A DNA stretch of 63,266 nucleotides, the filler included, from Octopus bimaculoides (taxonomy: Eukaryota), in the NCBI RefSeq assembly GCF_001194135.2. It is 7 parts of 7 records of this genome, joined end to end, with 100 filler letters (N's around TTAATTAATTAA, not from the genome) between each part and the next. Parts side by side here need not be neighbours in the genome. Positions count along the whole stretch, not along the records: positions 1 to 15,062 come from NW_026399894.1; 6 more parts are not named here. One strand, given 5' to 3'. Position numbers and translations under genes: made by a program. Position 1 is the first letter of the stretch. Each line of letters starts with the position of its first letter. Positions 1 through 12,623 of the stretch are shown here, piece by piece. The notes beneath the pieces were generated by a model. The model ran no database searches and was not told the DNA's origin. It saw only the letters and a list, made by a program, of their open reading frames with translations.

Positions 1-770
1 TCCCTCCTCCCACTCCTCCCCCCTCCCTCCTCCCACTCATGTATGCATTATGCATGTAAGAATAATACATCAGACACCGAAACATTCCAGATGATACTAT
101 TGAACGTGTACCACACTTTCTTGTCCGTTTTTCTATCATCTTAAATTTAACTCTGCATATCTGTCTTGCTATACTACAGAAACCAACAACCCATTGAGAT
201 TCTACTTATCTTCGTTTAGACCGGCATTCTTTAATCCGTCTCTCATCAGGCACCGCACCTTCGCTCAAATGTACCCGAAGATACCAGCGTGTATGTGCAC
301 ATGTGTGTCCACTGTCTTGCATTGTACCTCTTTTTCTCTGTTTTTAGTTCCTGCTTCTAATCGTCCAAATGGCATTTGCAACGCTGTGTACTCATGCATA
401 TTTATTACTCTCCGCAGCAATATATACGTATGTATATAACATCTCTATATATCAAACCAGACTAAATGATACACCAATTGCAAGAGCTACAATCACTTGC
501 CAACATATACAAGTATGCATACGGGTGCGCACACACGTTTACCGAAACACAAAATCTCGGGCACATTCTCGTCTGTGTGGGTATACGCTTGTGTGTGTGT
601 GTGGCAGTATCCATTGTATATCTTTATTTAGACATTTGCTATCATACATAACATCTATATATATGTGTCTCTTTCTACTTCTGTCTATTTCTGCCCAAGT
701 ACACAAACATACACAAAACACAGACACACACACACACACACTACACACACACATATATACACATACATAC

Positions 771-858
<88 letters not shown>

Positions 859-1102
859 ATGTATGTGTGTGCATACATATATATATATCGTCCGCATAAA
901 CATGTTGGAAATGATCGTGTGTAGCATTACTGTTCCATAAATATTCAGATAAATTGACTGATGCAGAGATGTTGCACCAATGCACATTTGCATGTATGTA
1001 ATACAAACCAGAAAACAAATGCATGTCATAATATTTATGGATCTGTACAATGGCACACACACGTTTATACGTATAAATACAAGCATGTATATACATACAT
1101 AC

Positions 1103-1143
<41 letters not shown>

Positions 1144-2069
1144 NNNNNNNNNNNNNNNNNNNNNNNNNNNNNNNNNNNNNNNNNNNNNNNNNNNNNNNNN
1201 NNNNNNNNNNNNNNNNNNNNNNNNNNNNNNNNNNNNNNNNNNNNNNNNNNNNNNNNNNNNNNNNNNNNNNNNNNNNNNNNNNNNNNNNNNNNNNNNNNNN
1301 NNNNNNNNNNNNNNNNNNNNNNNNNNNNNNNNNNNNNNNNNNNNNNNNNNNNNNNNNNNNNNNNNNNNNNNNNNNNNNNNNNNNNNNNNNNNNNNNNNNN
1401 NNNNNNNNNNNNNNNNNNNNNNNNNNNNNNNNNNNNNNNNNNNNNNNNNNNNNNNNNNNNNNNNNNNNNNNNNNNNNNNNNNNNNNNNNNNNNNNNNNNN
1501 NNNNNNNNNNNNNNNNNNNNNNNNNNNNNNNNNNNNNNNTATATATGAATCCTATGCATCGGCAGCTTGGAGGATATCTTTGGAAATGAACATATCACAG
1601 AACATGTCGTTATTAATGGAGTTAACCACTTTACGATATCACATAAAAGCGGTGTGCGATGTGCTTCCATGTCCGGTCACTAACTATGACGTGGATCAGG
1701 AATGACGTAACTGATTCTTATCGGCGAGGAATTTTGATACTCTGGAGCAAATGCTAGAAGCTTTCAAAGTATATCTGAGTTCATAACCAAAGAAGTAATC
1801 TTGCTAATTTTCTGAAACAAAAATGCTACGAACTTCATGCAATGCGAATGGCGCTATTTCGAAGACTGTTTTTTTTTTTCATTGGCATTAGACTGTAAAA
1901 GTACCGAAAGGAAATTGTTTACGTAATTCTCCAGCACTTTGTTAATATAATTGGCGTTTAAAAAAGAAAAAAAGGAAAACCATATTCGTTATATTTGCAA
2001 AATATTGTTTTAATATTAATATATAATCTATGAGCATTTATACACACGCATATACACACCCCACATCTG

Positions 2070-2122
2070 TCTGTCTATGTATGTATGTATGTAGTATGTA
2101 TGTATGTATGTATGTATGTATG

Positions 2123-2171
<49 letters not shown>

Positions 2172-2212
2172 GTCTATCTGTCTGTCTGTCTGTCTGTGTG
2201 TGTCTGTCTATA
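2070..2212. repeat. Compound microsatellite (ATGT)n-(ATCT)n-(GTCT)n-(GT)n
   Basis: Read directly; representative of dozens of (AT)n, (AC)n, (AG)n, (AAG)n and (ATT)n tracts in the window. Confidence 0.97.
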
Positions 2213-3511
2213 TAAATGCCGGCGTGACTGTGTCGTAAGAAGCTTGCTTCCCAACCACATAGTTCCAATAAACATCAATGGTGTTTGTATATTTATACAG
2301 TAAATGTAAGCATTATACCGTCCAGCATAAATAAGAATCAACTTCATTATATTTAAGCCCTTGTCTTTTTTTTTTTTTTTTTTTTGTAAAAACCTATTCT
2401 GACAGTAAATGAGTCAACTTCCGGTACGAATGTTTACGGTTTGTACGTCTTTTTTCAAAAAAAAAATAAAAAAATTATAAAATAATTCTGGAAACGATCT
2501 ACCCATGTAATTTACACAACCCTAAAGTTTATTTTTATTTTTTGCGAAAAAATAAAATGTGAAAATTACATGGGTTTTACGGTAGTCAGTTATTTCCCTT
2601 ATCGGTAGGGTACAGAATGTAGTGCCGGACATGGCTCTAAGATAATTCTCCATATATAATATAATAATACCATTTGCCCATCTGCTTTTATGATAACGCA
2701 ATATATTGTGGTAATGTTGTGAAGTTATTTTTATTCCTGTTTCACAAGGAATGTATATGCTGTGGGTATCGTGTTTAAAAAGTTTTTCGATAACCAAAGT
2801 AATTCCATTCTATTTTCATCTTGGACAGGCTTATTCCTTTACGGAACATGCTTAGTGCGTTTCTAATTTTTACATATATACTGTTGTGGTTGTGAAGTAT
2901 TGCTAGTTTTTGATGTTTTTCTTGGAGATTTGACAGTCTCTGTTAATAGGCCATAGATTTATAGGACATCTTTTCAATAAAATATTTTCAAGCATTCGTA
3001 TAAATCGGTTGTGTACTTATCATTGACATAAAGATCATTGTTTCTTTATGAAAACGTCCAAGCTATATTTGATCGTGCAAAATTCTTTTTCAGTTTCTAC
3101 CTCTTTTTTTTTGGGAAATGTCCAATATACTCCAGCTTTTCTTGGAAATCGCTTCTTATAAATGACATGCTATAATGTGAAAAAGCTATGATATAAATTA
3201 TGTTGCACACTTATAATAACACCAACAAGCGGGATAAAAAATTACATCATCGATATTTAAATGAGACAGCTGATTAGAATATTTTACTAAAATCGAAGAG
3301 TAGTGTTCTCAAAGACCGCAGCTATAACTATAGCAAAATGTTGATTATTCAAGAACAATGAGAGTGAAATCGGATTAATTTGTAACCCATTTCAAATGAC
3401 ATTAGTGATAGAATCAGGAAAGTAAATTACATCCGTCATGGAAACGACACTAAAATTGTAATCAGCTAATTTATTAACATTTTTAAGAAAAGAAAGTGCA
3501 AGTTCACTTAC

Positions 3512-3625
3512 TTTGATATTGTCGAATTTTATCCCTTCATCTTGTAATCGTGAATTTTCAGTACTCCAGAATTCGCTAACATATGCTGCACATTCATATC
3601 AACTATACAGGAAATCGTATGCATA
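3512..3625 (-). CDS. Candidate 114-nt phase 0-0 exon with one in-frame TGA: YAYDFLYS*YECAAYVSEFWSTENSRLQDEGIKFDNIK
   Basis: Acceptor gtgtttttcag, donor aaa|gtaagt, length a multiple of 3; TGA at 3601-3599. Confidence 0.3.
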
Positions 3626-5227
3626 CTGAAAAACACCTCGATTATGGCAATGTTTTGATTATGGCAATCATAAATAAAAATAGAATAAAATAAAAGAACA
3701 GAAAAGAAAAATGACACAACGACAGTAATCGTATTGCTAATATACATTCACATATGAATAAAGGAACAACAACATGGCACAACTACAGCAACACGTAAGA
3801 CATTGTAGAAACACACTGAATGAGTTTCCATTGATTATAGAAGTTAACTACATCGCCCCATCGTACTTATTTGGAGTTAGTTGATAAGTCAAAAGTTACG
3901 AGTAAGCCATAAACAAGTTCACAATATCAGTTGAACGGGACATCTCTATATGGTCATTCGATCCGCTGGAAACAATAACCCACTCACCCACGAATCATGT
4001 ACCTCAATGTGGATACATTGGATAATGACCTTATCACAGTATGCAAGAAGAAAAAAGAAACAACAAAAAAAAAAAAATGAAAGAAAAAGTGAGAAGACTA
4101 TTAAGTGACTTTGAGCATAGTTTCAACCAACCTGAGTTGACCTATGGCTGAATACAACAACAACGAGAGCAACAACAACCACAACAACAGCAACTACGAG
4201 AGCAAACCGATCTCAGCAACAGCTGCCAAACAACCTGTTAACACAGGTTGTTATAAAGCGTGCATCGTCGTACATTGAACTAAATGCACTGTTAATGATC
4301 TTCAGTAGACAGTAAATATTCATAGTCCCCCATAGAAGCATACAAACAAATATAGCCATGCACGTACATACACACAATAAATGCATATAGAAAGGAGACC
4401 GGCAACTGTGGAAAGAAAAAAAAAAAAGAAGCGGAAAACAAAAATAATATTGGCGTAAAGAACTGAATACATGAATATAAAGTAGGTTATAAATTTTATT
4501 TTAAGGTGAAATTACGGAGATTTTGACAGTTCGCGATACTATTAGTTTGTGTCATTGTATGCATACTTGTTCGTTAGTACACACACACACACANNNNNNN
4601 NNNNNNNNNNNNNNNNNNNNNNNNNNNNNNNNNNNNNNNNNNNNNNNNNNNNNNNNNNNNNNNNNNNNNNNNNNNNNNNNNNNNNNNNNNNNNNNNNNNN
4701 NNNNNNNNNNNNNNNNNNNNNNNNNNNNNNNNNNNNNNNNNNNNNNNNNNNNNNNNNNNNNNNNNNNNNNNNNNNNNNNNNNNNNNNNNNNNNNNNNNNN
4801 NNNNNNNNNNNNNNNNNNNNNNNNNNNNNNNNNNNNNNNNNNNNNNNNNNNNNNNNNNNNNNNNNNNNNNNNNNNNNNNNNNNNNNNNNNNNNNNNNNNN
4901 NNNNNNNNNNNNNNNNNNNNNNNNNNNNNNNNNNNNNNNNNNNNNNNNNNNNNNNNNNNNNNNNNNNNNNNNNNNNNNNNNNNNNNNNNNNNNNNNNNNN
5001 NNNNNNNNNNNNNNNNNNNNNNNNNNNNNNNNNNNNNNNNNNNNNNNNNNNNNNNNNNNNNNNNNNNNNNNNNNNNNNNNNNNNNNNNNNNNNNNNNNNN
5101 NNNNNNNNNNNNNNNNNNNNNNNNNNNNNNNNNNNNNNNNNNNNNNNNNNNNNNNNNNNNNNNNNNNNNNNNNNNNNNNNNNNNNNNNNNNNNNNNNNNN
5201 NNNNNNNNNNNNNNNNNNNNNNNNNNN

Positions 5228-5293
<66 letters not shown>

Positions 5294-5795
5294 GGAGAAA
5301 GACGTAGAGAGACAGGAAGAAATGTACTAGGAGTGATTAACTGCAAGTTGTAAGTTAAGCTGGAGGTTAATTCCACTTCTTATAAAATCCACTCAAATGA
5401 TTAATTTCAATATAAACGAATATTGCTAATTTCCTGTTACAGAGCAAAAGTAGTTTGCTTCCAAACACCACCAGCTCCCCAAACAACGGACCTGAGCTAA
5501 TAGAGTTGTTTTACATGGTTACTTGATATGCTAGAATGTAAAACCGAATTTATACTTTAATCGCACACGAAACAGGAACTGCAGGGGTCAGGGATAGAAC
5601 GCATTTGATTCGTATTACGGTTAATTTTAAGCGAAACAGAACCAGCAATTGCTTAAATTATGATTTCAAATTTTGGGACAAGACCTGTAATTTCGGAGGA
5701 GGAGTTAAATCGATTACATCGAACCGATTACTCTACTGGTACTTATTTTATCGTCCCCGAAATTGATTTGTATCTATATTTATATCTATCTATAC

Positions 5796-5890
<95 letters not shown>

Positions 5891-6397
5891 TACATATCAT
5901 ATCATATGTAGTCTAACTGTGTAGTCTAGCTATTCGGTTCACAGGCCTGAACTGATAAACAAATAGTTGAACGTATCCTCATTAAACACACTATATATTC
6001 TCTGACGGATTAATGACCATATCCTGTGGTTGTTAACCCACGTGAGTGAATCAGCTTACTGTGTGACCCTAATGTTTCCAAAACTATTGGATGAATATAC
6101 TCATTCATCAAAATTACATTTAGAAATGAACTCTGTCGCAAGTCCCAATGAGAGTGTGCAATAAACATTGTGTTTTATAGCGATATTATGTGGCCAGACT
6201 GGTCAATAAAGAATTCAATGCTAAAATGTCTGTGGGTCACGAAACACGTATTTCTGCAAGCATGTTGGTCATGTAAACAGTCCAACCAATTTCGCCGTTA
6301 GCCAAAACTGCAAGTATGAATCTCTCTGTCTTTCTGTGTAGCTGTGTTTTTAGTAACGTCGCTATGTATCTACGTCTGTATATTTATATATTTAAAT

Positions 6398-6439
<42 letters not shown>

Positions 6440-6509
6440 CTGTGTATGTATATATATACATACACATACACACACACAAACATATATATATATATTTATA
6501 TATCATATT

Positions 6510-6650
6510 GCTCTTTTACTTGTTTCAATCATTTGACTGCAGCCATGCTGGACCACCGCTTTTAGTCAAACAAATCGACCTCAGGACTTATTCTTTATAA
6601 GCCTAGTACTTATTTAATCGGTTTCATTTTAGTAGAAGAAAACTGTAGAG
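6510..6650 (-). mobile_element. SINE family A, 3' fragment
   Basis: Reverse complement of the SINE A tail. Confidence 0.75.
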
Positions 6651-6708
6651 AAGCCCCCGTAAGTGTATACATACACACATCCACACACACACACACACAC
6701 ACACATTT

Positions 6709-7933
6709 AATCTGGTCAGAAAGAATGAAACATCTGATTTTCTTATGCACCAAGTTTGACAGTCCTTAACTCTAATGTTTTACAATCCTTTGTTTTACAA
6801 CATTGAAGAGTTACATCATCACTTTTCGAAATGCAATTCATGGTGTCTGATTATATTGTGAGTTTTCTCTTGTAAATCAATTTTCATGAATCCATGGATA
6901 GATGAAAACTTCATGTTGTTTATGAATATGAGTTCCATCATGGAACCACGGCATCCCAGAGTTCGAAACATCAATGAGGTGTTTGGTGAAGATGTGGCCA
7001 ATGAGGTGACTTTACTCTTGAAAATCAGCCCCGTGGTAGATCTGAGGCCAAGGTGGATAATGATGAGCTGGAAACTGTAGTGGAATTGGATACATCTCAA
7101 ACTACACGTGAGTTAGCAGCAAGGTTTAATGTTTCGATTCCATCTATATTGGACCATCTGAAACAAATCGACAAAGTAAAGAAGCTAGACAAGTGGTACC
7201 ACGCGAACTGAACGAGCATCAAATTACACGTGGTCATAAAACTTACGGTTCTTTGCTGTCACAGCATAAAAGCGAAATATTTTTGCATCGTATAGTTATG
7301 TGATGAAATATGGATTTTTTTCAACAATAGCAAGCGTTCTGCACAGTGGTTGGATAGAGACAAAGTGCCAAACCTCAATCCAAAAAAGAATATTCACCAA
7401 ATAAAGCTAATGGTGTCTGTTTGGTAGTCCAGCGTTGGTGTCATCCACTGCAGCTTCATGAGACCTGGTGAGTCAATTACAGCGTATGTATGCATCAGCA
7501 AAATGATGAGTAAACTTGCAATTCAACAACCGAGATTGGTCAATAGAGACAGGCCAATTCTCTTGCAAGACAATGCTCGTCAACAAGTTGCGCTAAGAAC
7601 GTTACTCAAGTTAGAGGATATGAACTTGGAAGTACTCTGTCATCCACCATATTTACCAGACCTTGCACCAACTGATTATCACGTTTTCCAGACATTAGAC
7701 AACTTTAGCAAGGAAAAAACTTCAAATCTGAAGAAGATGCAAAAACAGCCTTTCGTCATTTCATCACCTCTTACTCTCCAGAATTCTTCACTTCTGGCAT
7801 AAATAAGCTTCCGATTAATTGGCAAATTTGCGTTGATATTTTAAGTGCATACTTTGGTTAACTGCATTGCTTTTTGTTGAGATAAAGTAAAATAAGCTTT
7901 CAGTTCAAAATCGGACATTTCATTCTTAATGAC

Positions 7934-7939
<6 letters not shown>
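6709..7939 (+). mobile_element. Full-length degenerate mariner (DD34D-type) DNA transposon
   Basis: 33-bp TIRs at 6709-6741 and 7907-7939 (7 mismatches); frameshifted transposase with ILLQDNAR and HPPYLPDLAPTDYH motifs; right end runs into (TA)n. Confidence 0.95.
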
Positions 7940-7985
<46 letters not shown>

Positions 7986-8039
7986 TACATACGTGCATAC
8001 ACACACACATACATACATACATACATACATACATCATAC

Positions 8040-8076
<37 letters not shown>

Positions 8077-8104
8077 CATATGTATGCATGTGTGTGTCTA
8101 AGCG

Positions 8105-8305
8105 CTTGTGTTGTGCTTTTTCTCCTTACTGCTTGACAACCGGTGTTGGTTTGCTTATGTACGCGTAGTTTAGCTGCAAAAGAGATCGATACAATAATAG
8201 CAAACTTAAAAACAAATGAGTACTGGGTTTTATTTGTTCATCTAAACAGCTCAAGGCAAAGAACTCCAGTATGGCCACAGTCAAAGGATTGACACAAGTG
8301 AAAGA
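8105..8305 (+). mobile_element. SINE family A, 3' half (old)
   Basis: gcttgacaaccggtgttgg...tccagtatggccacagtc. Confidence 0.7.
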
Positions 8306-8311
8306 TGAATT

Positions 8312-8483
8312 GTGACAGATGAATTTCCACACATCTGTGATCTCTTCAGTGACACTTTCCATCCTCGTGTATGCTCCTGTTCTGCTTAATCTATGAGAAT
8401 GGATTAAGCTAGGCAGGAGCATATTCAAGGACGGAAAGTGTCGCTGAAGAGGTCACACATGTGTGACGAAAGAGTTCTAGACA
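8312..8483. ncRNA. Inverted pair of degenerate minimal hammerhead-ribozyme-like motifs (minus 8355-8312, plus 8439-8483)
   Basis: Both copies have CUGAAGA + stem II + GAAA + UC with a GUGUCR stem I; the two copies are about 40-bp inverted repeats. Confidence 0.4.
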
Positions 8484-9269
8484 ATGAACAGATAAATTCA
8501 TATCCTACAACAAAAGTAAAAAAAAACAAAAAAGAAACTAAAAGTCAGCCTTGAGCTGGCTCACTTGGACCAGAAAGAAAATAGGGAATATTTACTACAC
8601 GTAACCTGTTGGTGCATCTAGATGTTTCTGTGACTATTCAGGAAGATTGATAGATTGATAGCTTGATACGAAAATAGATAGGGAGAAACTGGGAGACATA
8701 AGGTAAAGAAAAGAGTCAGAAAGAGAGAGAGAAAGAGAGAAGGGAGAGTGAGTTTTTTTCAGAATAGTCTTTATGTAGTCATTATTTGAAATCTTCTGAT
8801 ATCACATTATATATTAAATAAAAACACAAACATTAATCTTTTGTACACAAGTGTGCAATTGTAATTTCAATATATAATTTCACCAAGTAATGTAGGTATG
8901 ATATTTTCATGCATAGAATATACACAGCACCTGTTTAACATCAATCACGTCATTTGACAGGTAAATTCCACACATTATTCAAATTTTATTCTCCGGTTTA
9001 TGTTTTTTTATGTTTTTTTTTTTGCCTATCTTGAAAATTCAAAGAAGTGGCACTTCAGGGGTTGATTTTGGCTTAAACATATTTTTTTTTTTTATTATTT
9101 GTATTTGTATATTGTAATTGTGGAGGGGCATTTTATTGAAGTTTTGTGTTTCGATTTTGATTTCGAAGAAAAAAAAAATAATGAAGACTTTCGTAAAAAA
9201 CCTACCTGTGGCATTTTTATATTCCAGTGAAATTTAACTGTCACATTGTCATATATACATAAGCCACCC

Positions 9270-10224
9270 ACTTCATCCTCATCCTTATCCTCCTCCCCTC
9301 CATATTCCTCCACCTATCGATCCTCTATCTTCTCATCCTCCCTCCATCCCTCCCNNNNNNNNNNNNNNNNNNNNNNNNNNNNNNNNNNNNNNNNNNNNNN
9401 NNNNNNNNNNNNNNNNNNNNNNNNNNNNNNNNNNNNNNNNNNNNNNNNNNNNNNNNNNNNNNNNNNNNNNNNNNNNNNNNNNNTCCCTCCCCTCTATCCT
9501 CCTCCATCCCCTTCGCCCCGTCCCTCATCTCCATATCCCTCTGTCCTCTCTTCCCCCTCCTCCTCCACCTCCTCCTCGTCATCGTCATCATTGTTTTGAG
9601 AAGCAACATCACCATCGTCATCATGAACATCGTAGCCATTAACATTATGAGAATCAAAAACTAACTCAATTATCATCATCTTAATATTTAGCATAATTTT
9701 CATCATCATCCTCATCATCTTCAGCATCGTCGGCATCGTCCATCCTCTTCGTCATCGTCATCGTCATCACCATAAGAATTCTCACGGTCAACATCACCGT
9801 CATCACGTTTGACGTCGTCTTCACTATGATCAGGACAATAACCTTTAGCATTATCGTCTCCCGCCTGGATGTCGTTATCATCATCATCATCGTTATCATC
9901 ATCATCATCATCCTCGTCGTTATCATTATCATCATCACCACCACCACATACACCACCACCACCACCACCACCACCTACACCACTACCACCACCACCACCA
10001 TCACCGCCACCTCCACCNNNNNNNNNNNNNNNNNNNNNNNNNNNNNNNNNNNNNNNNNNNNNNNNNNNNNNNNNNNNNNNNNNNNNNNNNNNNNNNNNNN
10101 NNNNNNNNNNNNNNNNNNNNNNNNNNNNNNNNNNNNNNNNNNNNNNNNNNNNNNNNNNNNNNNNNNNNNNNNNNNNNNNNNNNNNNNNNNNNNNNNNNNN
10201 NNNNNNNNNNNNNNNNNNNNNNNN

Positions 10225-10260
<36 letters not shown>
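9270..10260. repeat. Low-complexity block of CCT, CAT and CAC triplet repeats with gaps
   Basis: Read directly from the sequence. Confidence 0.95.
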
Positions 10261-10423
10261 TTACTTTTTCGCAATATGATATTTCATTCATGCCGCATAG
10301 TTTTACACACACAGTTTCACTCTCATATATGCTTCAGTATTTGTAGAACACGAAATAGTCCAATTCCCGTGTTATGCCCTCTCCGTAGAGTTCAAGATCA
10401 TCTACTCCACTTGCCAGGTTCTC

Positions 10424-10531
10424 TTGCTTTCCTGCTTGGTTTCCTGCTTGGTTTCCTGCTTGGTTTCCTGCTTGGTTTCCTGCTTGGTTTCCTGCTTGGT
10501 TTCCTGCTTGGTTTCCTGCTTGGTTTCCTGC
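10424..10531. repeat. 12-bp minisatellite (TTGGTTTCCTGC) x 8 perfect plus 1 variant
   Basis: Read directly from the sequence. Confidence 0.97.
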
Positions 10532-10639
10532 ATTTCTTTCGTCCAAACTCGATGTGTTTGCAACATGTTTGACGATACTGAAGAGAACCTTCGTCTAAAG
10601 ACACAGCACAACCTGATATTTTAGATCAGGCATGACGTG

Positions 10640-11640
10640 GTAAACGCAGATGGAGCAAGACCTCTCAAGCCCTATGTACAATACCTGGTTAGTTTTTCTT
10701 TTTAATTAGCCGATTAAAAGATTACAAACTTTGGATGATATTGTACTTTTAGAATATTCTGGTAGATATTATTGTGGGACCAGGGCGTACGTTTATAGTA
10801 TTGCTGATGGCCTTAAGAATTGTCTATTATTTCTCCACAGTTGTCCATTGGAGTATCATTAAACTGATGTAATTCAAATTTCTGATAGATTCAGTCGTGT
10901 GCGACATTCTTAAGCTTCTTAATCGATCCAGATTCATGACACATTCGCTTTCTTACCTTTGCATCTTCTAGTACCGTTTCGACAGGAACTGCATTCCTAT
11001 ATTGAAGATTTTCTATTAATTATCTGTTTAGATACTATTCTGGAAAGCATTTTACAAATTATCGATTAACAGTTTATGGTTTGTTCGATAGCAGAATCGT
11101 TTGCTGTTCTTTTCTTGGGATCATTGCTCTTACTGCAGTTAGACGGTCATTTAGGTTTGGTCTGGATATTTAGCAAGCTGCTATTGTTCTAGAGTGTAGG
11201 TCAAGCCGTCGTTTGGCTTTTGGCGTCTGGAATTTTGACAGGCAAACACTGTAAATCTACCAGTTGAATCACGTAGGTCTTAGAAAATCGATATCTGAAT
11301 TCTACAGAGGATCAGCGGACTGGATGAATGATGCTGGTTTGCAAGCAATTGAAAAGGATGTTTAGAACAGTTTCTTCTTGAAGGCTTTCAGGTCAGATAT
11401 CAGACCAATTTCTAATAGACCTTAGCCTCAAAAAATTAAGTCAAAACATTACCAGTTCCAGATAAACTTTAGAGAAACTGACCGTATATAAGGTGCTAAC
11501 AACCGAAGCTGTCTAAGAAGGCCTCAAAGTTGACGAAACCATCCGTTGTTCAGTGTCTGTGCATTGCTGGTTCGTAGGGTTACTTAGAATACTGTCAGGC
11601 TAGTATATCCTGAAAACCGACAGCATTACCTTAACTGGAA
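10640..11640 (+). mobile_element. Ancient RTE-related LINE relic (second family)
   Basis: RQELHSYIEDFLLIICLDTIL (resembles QGD.L.PYLFIIVLD) at 10980; KLTVYKVL at 11475. Confidence 0.4.
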
Positions 11641-11674
11641 ACCGCCAGCACTCACATAAATACATACACACAAA

Positions 11675-11720
<46 letters not shown>

Positions 11721-12287
11721 NNNNNNNNNNNNNNNNNNNNNNNNNNNNNNNNNNNNNNNNNNNNNNNNNNNNNNNNNNNNNNNNNNNNNNNNNNNNNNNN
11801 NNNNNNNNNNNNNNNNNNNNNNNNNNNNNNNNNNNNNNNNNNNNNNNNNNNNNNNNNNNNNNNNNNNNNNNNNNNNNNNNNNNNNNNNNNNNNNNNNNNN
11901 NNNNNNNNNNNNNNNNNNNNNNNNNNNNNNNNNNNNNNNNNNNNNNNNNNNNNNNNNNNNNNNNNNNNNNNNNNNNNNNNNNNNNNNNNNNNNNNNNNNN
12001 NNNNNNNNNNNNNNNNNNNNNNNNNNNNNNNNNNNNNNNNNNNNNNNNNNNNNNNNNNNNNNNNNNNNNNNNNNNNNNNNNNNNNNNNNNNNNNNNNNNN
12101 NNNNNNNNNNNNNNNNNNNNNNNNNNNNNNNNNNNNNNNNNNNNNNNNNNNNNNNNNNNNNNNNNNNNNNNNNNNNNNNNNNNNNNNNNNNNNNNNNNNN
12201 NNNNNNNNNTATATATATGTGTGTGTGTGTATTTATATATACATATATATATATTGGAAGGTTTGGAGGTGATGTACAGAAATTATA

Positions 12288-12548
12288 TAGAAAAAAATTA
12301 AGGTACTCAGAAATCTGGATGTTTGTACATCTACAGATTTTTACTAATTTCACATATTAGATTAATGTCACATATTAAATACAGCGCTTTTCACCTAATC
12401 GTGTAGGATTTTCAAATTGTTTGAAGATCCTACACGATTAGGTGAAAAGCGCTTTATTTAATATGTGGCATTAATTTAATATGTGACATTAATAAAAATC
12501 TGTAAATGTACAAACATCCAGATTTCTGAGTACCTTAATTTTTTTCTA
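12288..12548. repeat. 261-bp foldback palindrome, probably a MITE
   Basis: Arms of about 129 bp with about 7 mismatches; 3-nt loop (ttg, 12417-12419). Confidence 0.92.
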
Positions 12549-12623
12549 CATATATATATACACATATATACACACACACATATATATATATATGTATATA
12601 TGTATACTTATATAGACATAATA

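Noticed and set aside
369-1705. Long ORFs of YI/HT/CV repeats and poly-X here and throughout the window
   Set aside because: They are translations of (AT)n/(AC)n/(AG)n/triplet microsatellites or N gaps; there are no splice signals or protein-like complexity.
10424-10531. Repeat array as a possible CRISPR
   Set aside because: Head-to-tail 12-mers with no spacers, eukaryotic context and no cas genes.
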